This document shows, piece by piece, positions 14,037 through 25,056 of a stretch of DNA of 64,000 nt. The number at the start of each line of letters is the position of its first letter. Position 1 is the stretch's first letter. A program made the translations under genes and the position numbers. The notes below the pieces were generated by a model. That model did not search any database. It was not told the DNA's origin and saw only the letters and a program-made list of their open reading frames with translations. Source of the DNA: Eledone cirrhosa (taxonomy: Eukaryota); contig OZ024744.1 in assembly GCA_964016885.1 (NCBI GenBank), positions 123,008,001 through 123,072,000 of the forward strand. The letters are read 5' to 3'.

Positions 14037-14993
14037 ACTAGACATGAAAAATGCGCAAGCTCAAAAGTGCCACAGAATGTTATAATAAACCTTCAAAAGT
14101 GTGGGACTAGAGTTGTTGCTAAAAAATATTGTAATCATTATATATCGTACATTCTGTGGCATCCTTTATAAAAATAGCTTAAACCAACGAAGCCTTTATT
14201 TTTACGCTATTTCACTTAGTTAATTCTTAGAGTGTAACATATAAAAATAAATACATCTATGTTTAATGTAATAACAGCTATAAATAATTACGTAATATTA
14301 TTATCATATACTCATAGTAACAAAATAATTGTGTTGAAACTTAATATGATGCTTATATGAACGATCAAATCTATAATGATAATTTCTTAAATATACTAAT
14401 AGTAAAATAATTTAGTTATCTATTGTTACATTTTCATAGAACTATAATATTAACAATCGTATTGCATTATCAAATTTTTATCACTACAAACTTTCATATT
14501 GGAATTACCTTAAGCCACTTATTATTACTTCGCTTTCGTACTTTTACAGCTGTAGATATTGCGCTGTATCTTATATCTAATATCAATATCTCATGGTAAT
14601 TTGCATGCAGTGTAAAATAGGTTTATTAATAACTTTAATATGAAATGTATTATACAGGGCTGCGGAGTCGGCCAAAAATTGACTGGCTCCAACTCAGGAT
14701 CCGATACTCCATTATTTCCTAAATTTCAGCTCCGCAGCTCTGTTATTATATTAATTAATTTATTTTATAGTTGTAAATCATATTTTTATATGTTACACTC
14801 TAAGAATTAACTAAGTGAAATAGCGTAAAAATAAAGGCTTCGTTGGTTTAAGCTATTTTTATAAAGGATGCCACAGAATGTACGATATATAATGATTACA
14901 ATATTTTTTAGCAACAACTCTAGTCCCACACTTTTGAAGGTTTATTATAACATTCTGTGGCACTTTTGAGCTTGCGCATTTTTCATGTCTAGT
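14037..14993. repeat. ~212-bp apparently perfect inverted repeat (14037-14249 / 14781-14993) with ~530-bp spacer
   Basis: ctagacatgaaaaatgcgcaagc...gtgtaacatataaaaata is present as its reverse complement at 14781-14993. Confidence 0.9.
14655..14742. mobile_element. 88-bp hAT-type MITE
   Basis: TIRs CAGGGCTGCGGAG / CTCCGCAGCTCTG; 8-bp near-TSD gtattata / ttattata. Confidence 0.7.
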
Positions 14994-15009
14994 ATATTAT
15001 ATGCGTAGT

Positions 15010-15655
15010 TAGATATGTATATATATTTTTATACGTGTGTATATATATTTATATGTATGAATTTTTGCGAGTGTATACGTATTATATAATATATAGATCT
15101 TTAACAATATAGTCTTAATAATAATATATAGATTTCTTAATATATAGATCCCAATTTTTAAAATATTGATCTCAATATTTAACTGATTAACTAAACATTT
15201 AATCATATTTAAACAATGGTTAAATTTCTCATATTATATATGTATATTCCATTCATGATTATTAACATTTCTAATTTTATTTATTCATTTCATCTCAAAT
15301 GTTAAGATAACTCAACAAGATATGACTTAGAGTTTTGTTCTCTCTCCTCTCTCTTTCTCCTCTCTCTCTCTTTCTCTCTCTTTCTCTTTCTCCGTAACCC
15401 AACGGCTTATTTAAAAATATCCAATACTAACTTACCTAATAATATAATTAAAGTTATAACTCCACTATCCGGGAGCTTCCAACAGTAATGGTTGCATTCT
15501 TTAAAGGTATGTCAATATTTATTTATAAAACTGCTCTATATTATATTTTATCTGACGAAAGCACACCATAATTTAACTTGGTATCCTTGAAATATGTATA
15601 ATGAAATAAATATGGTTTTATAAATATAGTTTTCATTTGTATTAACAAATCGTAT
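15010..15655 (+). repeat. PLE pseudo-LTR, sense copy
   Basis: Reverse complement of 8865-9500; hammerhead at 15544-15608; (TA)n follows at 15743-15776. Confidence 0.85.
15544..15608 (+). ncRNA. Type I hammerhead ribozyme motif
   Basis: tattttat ctgacga aagcacacca taatttaact tggtatcctt gaa ata tg tat a atgaaata. Confidence 0.8.
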
Positions 15656-15739
15656 TTTTACTCCAATTATTTGTTGAGTGCTTTATATCAGTTATAAAAA
15701 TATTTGCTTGGTGTATCCCAACAATTTAAATAGAAATTT

Positions 15740-15776
<37 letters not shown>

Positions 15777-15780
<4 letters not shown>

Positions 15781-16470
15781 TGTGAATTTGTTTAGCAAGA
15801 TTCTATATCTGAAAACGGGTGTTGAAACCGATATTGTTATACTTTGGGAGGGTCATGTTGCCAAGAAACACACACACCAGTTGCTTTCACTTCAATGTAT
15901 TATAAATAAAATTTATAAATTTAGGAATTTATAAATTTCGGGTTGGTTGGTTGGTTCCACAACCATATGATTGTTTATATATTGTCAAAGTTCTTTCGTC
16001 ACACATTCTGTGACCTCTTCAGTGACTGGGGGTTCTTTTCTTTGTTTTTGTGCCTCCGCTTTGTTCTGTCCTACGCCATCTTGTTTTTGTGTGTGTTGTG
16101 TGCTTAGTTTGCGCATGTTACATCCGTGTGTCTGTGTGTGTTATATTTGTTTATTTATTTGTTTATTTACATGTTACTGGTTGGTTGTTTGTTCTATGTG
16201 TGTGTGTGTTTTCATTTTGTCCTTAATTGTAAGTTGTGATGTTGCTATTCCATTCATGTTTTCTATTTAATTTTGGTTGGAGTTCATTTATGTTTATTGC
16301 CTCTGCAATTTGTCTAAACATTGCGTCTTTTCTGTGTGTAGATTCTATTTTTATTTCTATGTTCTCTAATTTACCCTTATGTTCTATTTTAGCATGTTGG
16401 TGGAGTACAGATGATTCTTTACTATCTTGAAGCTCTCGCCAGTGTTCATTTATCCGTTCTCCTATACTAC
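15777..16470 (-). mobile_element. PLE 3' fragment: GIY-YIG C-terminus plus pseudo-LTR
   Basis: Minus-strand 16200-16470 reads IGERINEHWRELQDSKESSVLHQHAKIEH...RQIAEAININELQPKLNRKHEW; the pLTR is repeated inverted at 17075-17400. Confidence 0.75.
15984..16027 (-). ncRNA. Minimal hammerhead ribozyme motif
   Basis: Reverse complement of the motif at 17152-17196. Confidence 0.7.
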
Positions 16471-17019
16471 TACCAATGGTAGTGGCCGAAAGCTAGTGGG
16501 GGGGGGGGGGGCAGAGTATGAGTTTCAATAGGTCTCAATACTACCCCTAAATTAAGCATGGACAGTAGGATTGATCATCACCCGCTAAGAGAATATATAC
16601 TTATTTCTAGGTATTATGGTTTCACTGTGGAAATTATGATTGAAAATTAGAAATTAAAACTAAAAATTAAAAATCAAAAAGTTAAAAAAATTACGTTAAA
16701 ATCTTGATTGAAGTAAGTAAAAAAAAATATATGTACATATAATAACTGATAAATAGGGAGATGTTTAAATTATAGTAAGAAGGATCAATATTACAGATAT
16801 ATTATCCATATATTGAACGATAGTACCGTGCAGTAGAACGGAGGGTAAATTACAGTATGAAACGTAGTAATTAGGCAAATACATAGTTAATGTCTCTATC
16901 ACATGAATCAAAACAAAAAATACAAAATATAAAATGCACAAAAAATACAAAAAAATACATAGATGCAAATGAGACAGGAGATATATATATAAATGAGATA
17001 GGATAAATATATATATATA

Positions 17020-17405
17020 TATTGTTATGCTTTGGGAGGGTCATGTTGCCAATAAGAAACGCCATCTTGTTTTTGTGTGTGAACACACACAAAAACAAGA
17101 TGGCGTAGGACAGAACAAAGGAGAGGCACAAAAACAAAGAAAGGAATCCCCAGTCACTGAAGAGGTCACAGAATGTGTGACGAAAGAACTTTGACTATAT
17201 ATGAACAACCGTCCGGTTGTGGAACCAACCAACCAACCGGAAATTTATAAATTCTTAAATTTATATATTTAATTTATAATAAATTGGAGTGAAACTCCTG
17301 GTGCGTGTGTTTCTTATTGGCAACATGACCCTCCCAAAGCATAACAATATCGGTTTCAACACACGTTTTCAGATAATGAATCTTCCTAAACAAATTCAGA
17401 AACGA
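17020..17405 (+). repeat. Inverted pseudo-LTR copy of 15780-16100, with an extra short re-inverted piece at 17020-17060
   Basis: Reverse-complement match (SFVTHSVTSSVTG appears in the spurious ORFs on opposite strands). Confidence 0.8.
17152..17196 (+). ncRNA. Minimal hammerhead ribozyme motif
   Basis: agtca CTGAAGA g gtcaca gaatg tgtgac GAAA gaactt tgact: stem I agtca/tgact, 6-bp stem II. Confidence 0.72.
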
Positions 17406-17560
17406 AATAAATATATATATATATCTCCAGTAATAGCCGTCGAAACGCCTTGAGCTCTGCCGTCGGGGTCATACTTTTTCCCATTTCCCACTCTACAACC
17501 CTAAGTATTGAATACTCTGGTGCGTTATGGTCCATCTGGTTCCTTACCACAATTCCTTTG

Positions 17561-17625
<65 letters not shown>

Positions 17626-17629
<4 letters not shown>

Positions 17630-18506
17630 GAAACACACAGATACATGCGGACACACACATATATACATGAATGCATCCGCACCCAACTGTGAGTTAAGGG
17701 TGCCAACTTCACCGATGTTGCTCAATGAATGACTGGGACAGACTAATTCAGTTGAACTAGACTGAACCAGTATCAGAGTTAAAAATACATTATGAAGAGA
17801 GAAGAAACATTTAGATATAATTAGTAATAAAATGTATCATACCTAAACTGCTCCTAAATTCCTCGACTACGTAGTTTCGTGGCATAAACAAAAACAATAT
17901 ATCATAAAGATATAGAGTCCTTGCGAGGTCTGCCGACTTATCAAGAGGATACCTCATTTTACTAGTCTCAAGAACGCGTCTACACATCGGTGAAGTTGGC
18001 ACCCTTAACTCACAGTTGGGTGCGGATGCATTCATGTATATATGTGTGTGTCCGCATGTATCTGTGTGTTTCTAAATATATTGTTAATAACTCCCTCTGG
18101 TCGAGCAATCTTTGAAGTGTGGGGACAGCTGGAAAGCTTCCATTACTCATACTTCTCGCCTTCTTCACCACCTCTTCTACGGCCTCGATATAAATACCCC
18201 CTCCGCCTCCGTGGTATTTTCTTCGGGGTTATAAGAGGCTTAGCTCTGTTTCTCGACCGTTGTATCGCGTGACTATCTCCCCCTCCGCCTTTTGGGATTC
18301 TTTCTCACGTCGTGTAGACGCGTTCTTGAGACTAGTAAAATGAGGCATCCTCTTGATAAGTCGGCAGACCTTCGAAGGACTCTATATCTTTATGATATAT
18401 TGTTTTTGTTTATGCCACGAAACTACGTAGCCGAGGAATTTAGGAGCAGTTTAGGTATGATACATTTTATTACTAATTATATCTAAATGTTTCTTCTCTC
18501 TTCATA

Positions 18507-18512
<6 letters not shown>
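17626..18512. repeat. Interlocked inverted repeats between two (TA)n tracts
   Basis: 17626-17717 is the reverse complement of ~17984-18078; 17786-17985 is the reverse complement of ~18313-18512. Confidence 0.85.
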
Positions 18513-18593
<81 letters not shown>

Positions 18594-19164
18594 TATAGGG
18601 GGGAAGAAAAAAATGGCTTCACTTGTGCTTTCAACAAATTTATTTTCTTCACAAAATTCAAAAATAATTTTTTTCCGGATTTGAAAAAATTTTTTCTTAA
18701 AAAAAATTATTTTATAAATTAAGTTGTTGGTTGTTGGTTAGGTCTTAGGAGTTCTTTGTTAACGTATGAGGTATTGTTTCGTTTTTAGAACGACCTTTCA
18801 CGCTGAGGTGCGCTTGTCAAACTGATGTGTATGTGGTGTGTTGTTCTATATATAGGGATTTAACATGTCTGTGGTGTGGAGTGGGTTTTTATCTCCCCCT
18901 TTAATAAGTGTAGGGGTGTAGGTGTGTTGAAAAAGTGTTAATAGCAGTAATGATTTGAGACGGTGAGTAGGGTTGGGTGGGGAGAAATGTAGCAAGTGCG
19001 GCCTGCCCCGGTCATTCTCGAAAAATTCCTTTATTCAGGGGAAAAAGCTTTTAGTATTCCTTTGTGTTGAGAATGGTCATAGGTAAACCGCACCTGCCAA
19101 GCTTGTAAACAATTATTTTTTTCTGAAGAATTTTTCTACGTCCATCCCAAAATTAGTCCTTTGT

Positions 19165-19446
19165 TCAACACACACATGTGTGCGTATATATGTACATACA
19201 CACACGGGCATATGTAGGAATATATAGGCACACACCATCAATCACACACCCATGTACATATACATCCACATACATACATAAAAACATATAAAGACACATA
19301 AAAACACATATACACATACGTACACACACGAATATGTACTCATACCTCCACATGGGTATATATATATATATATATATATACATACATATACATATATATA
19401 CACACATAAAGATACATAACTAAATCTACATATATACACATACACG

Positions 19447-19494
<48 letters not shown>

Positions 19495-19617
19495 CACACA
19501 CACACACACACGTGTACACACACACACACACACGTGTACACACACACACACACACGCATATACATATGTCCGTATATATACCTCCGTTCACAAATACATG
19601 CATACACACACACACAT

Positions 19618-19674
<57 letters not shown>

Positions 19675-19675
19675 C

Positions 19676-19729
<54 letters not shown>

Positions 19730-19821
19730 TTAAATATATATATACATATATGTACACATAAGCACATACAGACACATACATACATATACATACATATACA
19801 CATATATATAACTCTATATAT

Positions 19822-19868
<47 letters not shown>

Positions 19869-19923
19869 CATACACATACACATACACATACATACATACA
19901 CACATACATATATACACATACAT

Positions 19924-20010
<87 letters not shown>

Positions 20011-20087
20011 CATATATACATACACACACATACATACACACACACATATATATATATATGTACACACAAGCACATAAAGACACATAT

Positions 20088-20118
<31 letters not shown>

Positions 20119-20270
20119 CATATATATACATACATCTACATACATACATACATATACACATACAGAAACATACATATATGTACACACATATATACATATA
20201 TGCACATACATACACACACACACATATATATAGATACATACATATACATACACACACATATAAACATATA

Positions 20271-20328
<58 letters not shown>

Positions 20329-20375
20329 CAAACATACACATACATACATATACATATACATATATACACACACAT

Positions 20376-20420
<45 letters not shown>

Positions 20421-20530
20421 TACAAACATACACACATCCATACATATATATACACACACATACACACACCCACATACATATAGACCCACACGTACATACA
20501 TCCATACATACCTACACACATATATGTGTG
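19165..20530. repeat. Complex (CA)n/(TA)n/(CATA)n microsatellite inside the PLE 3' UTR
   Basis: Direct reading. Confidence 0.95.
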
Positions 20531-20618
20531 TGTCTCACCGTTCACTCAGATATTCATGTGTATACATAAGAAGAGGGGGGGGGGGTAGTGAAATGGAATT
20601 TTACCTCCAAGTGTTAAT

Positions 20619-22886
20619 TCATTTTTTCGTGTTCAGTAGTGGTTTAAATTTTTCAATGAAGAATTCTTCTTTATATCTGCGGAAATGTTCGTTATCCGAC
20701 CATATCTTGAAGAAAGGGAAGATTGTGAATTTTCCCTTCCCGCATGATGCAAAATGTGCGCTACATGTGGTATTTCTGACTGTGGGGTCTTTAATTTGTT
20801 GTTTATGTACCCGGACTCTATCATGTAATCCCGTTCCGGTTTCCCCAATGTAATACTCTTTACACTGTGGACATGTTGCGCAATATATTAGGTTTTTCGT
20901 TTTGCAGTTCATGTTTGCATTGACCTTGAAATTATCATGGTTTTTGAATGACAACTGTTTGCCCTCTTCGATGAGTTCACAGGTTCCACATCTAGGGTCC
21001 CCGCATTTCGTCACTTGCATTGATTCCATGTTGGTCGTAAATTTTGCCTTGGTAATTAGTTTTTTAAGGTTGGGTTCTTGGCATCTGCTATAAATTATCT
21101 GTGTGTTTTTTAAGAGTGCATTCATTTTGGTAGATTGCTGTAGAATCGGGAGATACTGCTTAGCAGTTTTCACAATGTTGATGTTCCCTGGGTTGTGAGT
21201 GATGACAAAAGAGATAGCAGGGTTTTCTTTTTTATGTTGTGGGTTTGGTTTTCTCAGTGTTGTTATTGGGATGTTCTTAGCCTTGGAGATGGCTGCGTTG
21301 ATGAGTTTCATCGGGTATTCTTGTTTTTTAAGGAATTTTTTCAGGTCACATAATCTTTTTTCTTGTAGTACGGGGTGTTTTGCTATAGTGCAGATGCGCC
21401 TTGCCATGTTGAAGGGAATGTTCCTTTTCGTAAGTGAGGGGTGTGCTGACCGGAAATTTAAGTATTGGTGTGTGTCAGTGGGTTTGCAAAATAGGTCCGT
21501 TATGATATTTTCCCCTTCTTTAATGATGAGGATTTCTAGACAGGGCAGTTCCTTTTCGTTACATTCCATAGTGAATTGTATAGCTTCATGAAGCCTGTTT
21601 AAGATCGAATAAAATTTTTGTAGGTCTGTTTGGCTTCTGTTCCAGAAGATGAAGCAGTCATCTAGGTAACGTTTCCAGTTTTTATTAATGTAGAAGGCGA
21701 AGTCGTGACTGAATGTTATCTGTAGTTGGGAATATAATTTTGCCTCTAAGTGACCCATAACGAGCGTTGCATATGTAGGGGCCACTTTGGTACCCATGGC
21801 TGTTCCTTTTATTTGTAGATAAAGTTCTTTGTCAAAGAGGAAGTGGTTGTTTTCCAATACTAATTTAAGTCCTTCCAAGATGAATTCTTTGGGGAATCTT
21901 TCTGAAATGTGACTTGAGTGTTTTGTAATCCAGAAGTCCACAGCTTCAATCCCTAGGTCGTGTGGGATGTTAGTGTACAGGCTTATTACATCAAAACTGA
22001 CTAGGATTGTATCCTGGTGTACTTTTTGGGGGATATAGTTAAGAAATTCCATATCATCTCTGATGTAGCTTGGAACTTTTTTACATAGGGGTTTGAGTAT
22101 GATGTCTAATAGGTTGCTTAGACGTTGTGTGCTTGAGGCTGGGCCAGCAATAATGGGGCGTAATTTTAAGTCTGTCGGTTTTGGTGCTTCGATGTATGAT
22201 GTATTTTTCCCTTTTATGTTGTTTTGGATTTCTATGGATTTGTGAACTTTTGGTAATCCATAGAAATTGCTGGTTTTCATTTCGAAGTTGGTTAGGTAAT
22301 CTACTTCTTTTGGTGTTAGGTTGTTTTGGTACTTTGTTGTTAGTTTGCCTACTTGGTTCCTCGATTTCCTTTCTTCGTTTTTAGTGATTTTCCTGTAGAA
22401 GTTTTCGTCATTCAAGTGTGCTAGAACCATATCTTTGTAGTGGTTTGTGTCCATGATGACGATTGCTCCACCTTTGTCCGCTTCTTTTATTATTATTGAG
22501 GAATCCCTTTGTAGCTTGTTCAATGCTAGTAGTTGGTCTGTAGGGATGTTGCGTTTGTGTTTCCTCTCGGCCGTATTTGTACGTGCTGATCGGCGAAGGC
22601 AGGTTATGTACTCCTCCAGGTATTTATCTCTATTTAGCGGGGGCGTGAAGTTCTTTTTGTTTTTCACCAGTGATTCTTCCTCGTATTGTACACCCTGGAA
22701 GAATTCTCCTAAGCGTAATTTTCGACAGTATTCTTCTGTGTCTTTTATAACATCGGCTGTATCTGCTTTCGGAGTGGGAGTGAACTTCAGTCCATTTTCT
22801 AACAGTTGTATTTCTGGTTGTGTTAATTTCTTGGCTGATATATTGATTATTTTTGGTTCGATTGGTTCTTTCTCGTCAGGTGCCAC
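20619..22886 (-). CDS. PLE reverse transcriptase plus C-terminal GIY-YIG endonuclease (uninterrupted 755 codons; frame open further upstream to 23009; no AUG until codon ~145)
   Basis: [68 protein letters not shown] linker, NLIY..C..C..YIGETG..R...H. Confidence 0.92.
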   Translation of the reverse strand: MAPDEKEPIEPKIINISAKKLTQPEIQLLENGLKFTPTPKADTADVIKDTEEYCRKLRLGEFFQGVQYEEESLVKNKKNFTPPLNRDKYLEEYITCLRRSARTNTAERKHKRNIPTDQLLALNKLQRDSSIIIKEADKGGAIVIMDTNHYKDMVLAHLNDENFYRKITKNEERKSRNQVGKLTTKYQNNLTPKEVDYLTNFEMKTSNFYGLPKVHKSIEIQNNIKGKNTSYIEAPKPTDLKLRPIIAGPASSTQRLSNLLDIILKPLCKKVPSYIRDDMEFLNYIPQKVHQDTILVSFDVISLYTNIPHDLGIEAVDFWITKHSSHISERFPKEFILEGLKLVLENNHFLFDKELYLQIKGTAMGTKVAPTYATLVMGHLEAKLYSQLQITFSHDFAFYINKNWKRYLDDCFIFWNRSQTDLQKFYSILNRLHEAIQFTMECNEKELPCLEILIIKEGENIITDLFCKPTDTHQYLNFRSAHPSLTKRNIPFNMARRICTIAKHPVLQEKRLCDLKKFLKKQEYPMKLINAAISKAKNIPITTLRKPNPQHKKENPAISFVITHNPGNINIVKTAKQYLPILQQSTKMNALLKNTQIIYSRCQEPNLKKLITKAKFTTNMESMQVTKCGDPRCGTCELIEEGKQLSFKNHDNFKVNANMNCKTKNLIYCATCPQCKEYYIGETGTGLHDRVRVHKQQIKDPTVRNTTCSAHFASCGKGKFTIFPFFKIWSDNEHFRRYKEEFFIEKFKPLLNTKK

Positions 22887-24060
22887 TTGAAAGGTGGTGC
22901 TTTTTTCTTTTTTTCTTTCATGTGGTGCGAGGCCCCTAGTCCTAAAAAATGGGTGCCATTTGGGATAGGGGTGTTTCTGTTGTGGTGAAACCTTTGGCCC
23001 GCCGGAACTTCATGTCGGTAACTGGTTGGGCGATAGACTCTTGCGTGGCCGTTGCTGTATGGGGGTCTGGTTCTTCTGTTGTTTCGTTCAGTATTCATGT
23101 GTCTTTGATTTTGTCTCCGGTAATTGTTCTTGGTGTTATGGCAGTGGTTCTATCTGGTTCTGGTGTTGAGTATTGGGTCTGTATGTAGTTGTGTGTTTGG
23201 GGTTACCCAATATCTGGTTGTTGTTGGTTTGTTGTCTGTGGGTGCTTCATTTCTTGTATTGTTGTATTTTCCTGAGTTCTGGGGTTTTCTATGGGTTTGT
23301 TTTCTGGGTTTTATTTGGTCTTTCCCATAGTTATCTTCATATTCTTGAAGCCATTGAGTTCTTGACTCCAAGATTTTCTTTGATTTTAACTCCTCTCTAG
23401 TTGTATCTGTCTGCCATAGGTTAAGGAGTTTTTCACGTACATTGCCGCTGCTTCTTTTGTTTATTTCCTCTTGGATGGTGGTGTCGCATTTTTCAAATTT
23501 CTCTTTGAATTTTGGCACTCTTAGGCGGAGTAGGGTGATTTCGGTCTCAAGTGTTTGGAGTGCTAGATTTAGTCTTGTTGCAGTTTCTTCCTTTGATTCC
23601 GATGGTATTTCTTTAATTCGGAATTTTCTCGGGAGGATAACTGGTTCCTTGCTACGCCATATTTCGTATGTGTCTGCTAGGTTTTCACTCCTCAAGGCTT
23701 TCCAGTATGCCTGTTTCCTTTGATTTAATAGTTGGTTCCAAATGTTTTTCATTTGGTTTCTTTTTCTGTAGGCTTCTTTTTCTAGATTCAGTTCATTCCA
23801 TTCTTTGAATGCATTATTGATGATGGAGTTCTGTTCATGTGTAGCTATTTCAGGAGAAAAGGTTTGTTCTTGTTTTTGTCGGTCTGTAATTAGTGAATCA
23901 AGTTTTTCCCTATAGCTGCGTGTTTGTTGTCCATTTCTTGTACGGCATTCGTAAGGGAATCATATTTATCTATTATTATGGTGAGTTTTTCTGATATTTC
24001 CTGTAGTAGTGTCTCCGATTTGAGGGATTCAGTAGAGGATTTTGAACGTGTGTTAGCCAT
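22847..24060 (-). pseudogene. Upstream ORF1 of the Neptune-type PLE, putative coiled-coil protein of ~400 aa, broken by one 1-nt deletion (~23905) and one TAG (23150-23152)
   Basis: ATG at 24058-24060 (MANTRSKSSTESLKSETLLQEISEKL...); continues into 23150..23752 and then, in the same frame, 22847..23098; helical E/K/L-rich composition. Confidence 0.65.
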
Positions 24061-24878
24061 TCTGTCTTGTACAAGGGGATAGAATATTGGAAAATGTGTG
24101 TAATCCTTGGTACAGTTAGGTATATTAAGATAGGGGGGAAGAAAAAAATGACTTCACTTGTGCTTTCAACAAATTTATTTTCTTCACAAAATCCAAAAAG
24201 AATTTTTTTCCGGATTAGAAAAAAATTTTTCTTAAAAAAAATTATTTTATAAATTAAGTTGTTGGTTGTTGGTTAGGTCTTAGGAGGTATTGTTTCGTTT
24301 TTAGAACGACCTTTCACGCTGAGGTGCGCTTGTCTAACTGATGTGTATGTGGTGTGTTGTTCTATATATAGGGATTTAACATGTTTGTGGTGTGGTGGGT
24401 TTTTTTTTCTCCCCCTTTAATAAGTGTAGGGGTGTAGTGTGTTGAAAAAGTGTTAATAGCAGTAATGAGTTGAGACGGTGAGTAGGGTTGCTATTAACAC
24501 TTTTTCAACACACCTACACCCCTACACTTATTAAAGGGGGAGAAAAAAAAGCCCACCACACCACAAACATGTTAAATCCCTATATATAGAACAACACACC
24601 ACATACACATCAGTTTGACAAGCGCACCTCAGCGTGAAAGGTCTTTCTAAAAACGAAACAATACCTCATACGTTAACCAAGAACTCCTAAGACCTAACCA
24701 ACAACCAACGACTTAATTTATAAAATAATTTTTTTTAAGAAAAAATTTTTTCTAATCCGGAAAAAAATTATTTTGGGATTTTGTGAAGAAAATAAATTTG
24801 TTGAAAGCACAAGTGAAGCCATTTTTTTCTTCCCCCATATCTTAATATACCTAACTGTACCAAGGATTACACACATTT

Positions 24879-24955
<77 letters not shown>

Positions 24956-25056
24956 TAACAGATTAAAGTTTAAGCAAAGAATCGCTGCTTTCACCCTTAA
25001 CGGGATCTTCTGAAACTAACAGAGTCAATCTGTAAACGCAGAAGTGGATATTTCGA

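Larger units (their letters stand above)
18591..24885 (-). mobile_element. Full-length Neptune-type Penelope-like element: 3' pLTR (18591-~18970), two ORFs, 5' pLTR (24085-24490) and inverted pLTR (24490-24885), flanked by (TA)n
   Basis: Direct repeat 18591-18975 = 24125-24490; reverse complement at 24490-24885; (TA)n at 18509-18590 and 24883-24950. Confidence 0.88.

Noticed and set aside
18770-18815. Hammerhead in the pLTR of the two-ORF Neptune element (gtgaaag...aacgaaac, minus strand)
   Set aside because: Core deviates too far and stem I cannot be formed convincingly.
19165-20853. Long YI/CV/HT-repeat ORFs (also at 10836-12080, 31643-32004, 34048-34940)
   Set aside because: Translations of dinucleotide microsatellites.
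23895-23915. A second programmed frameshift in PLE ORF1 (GGG AAA AAC)
   Set aside because: Not a correctly phased X_XXY_YYZ heptamer; a 1-nt deletion from GAG GAA AAA explains it more simply.
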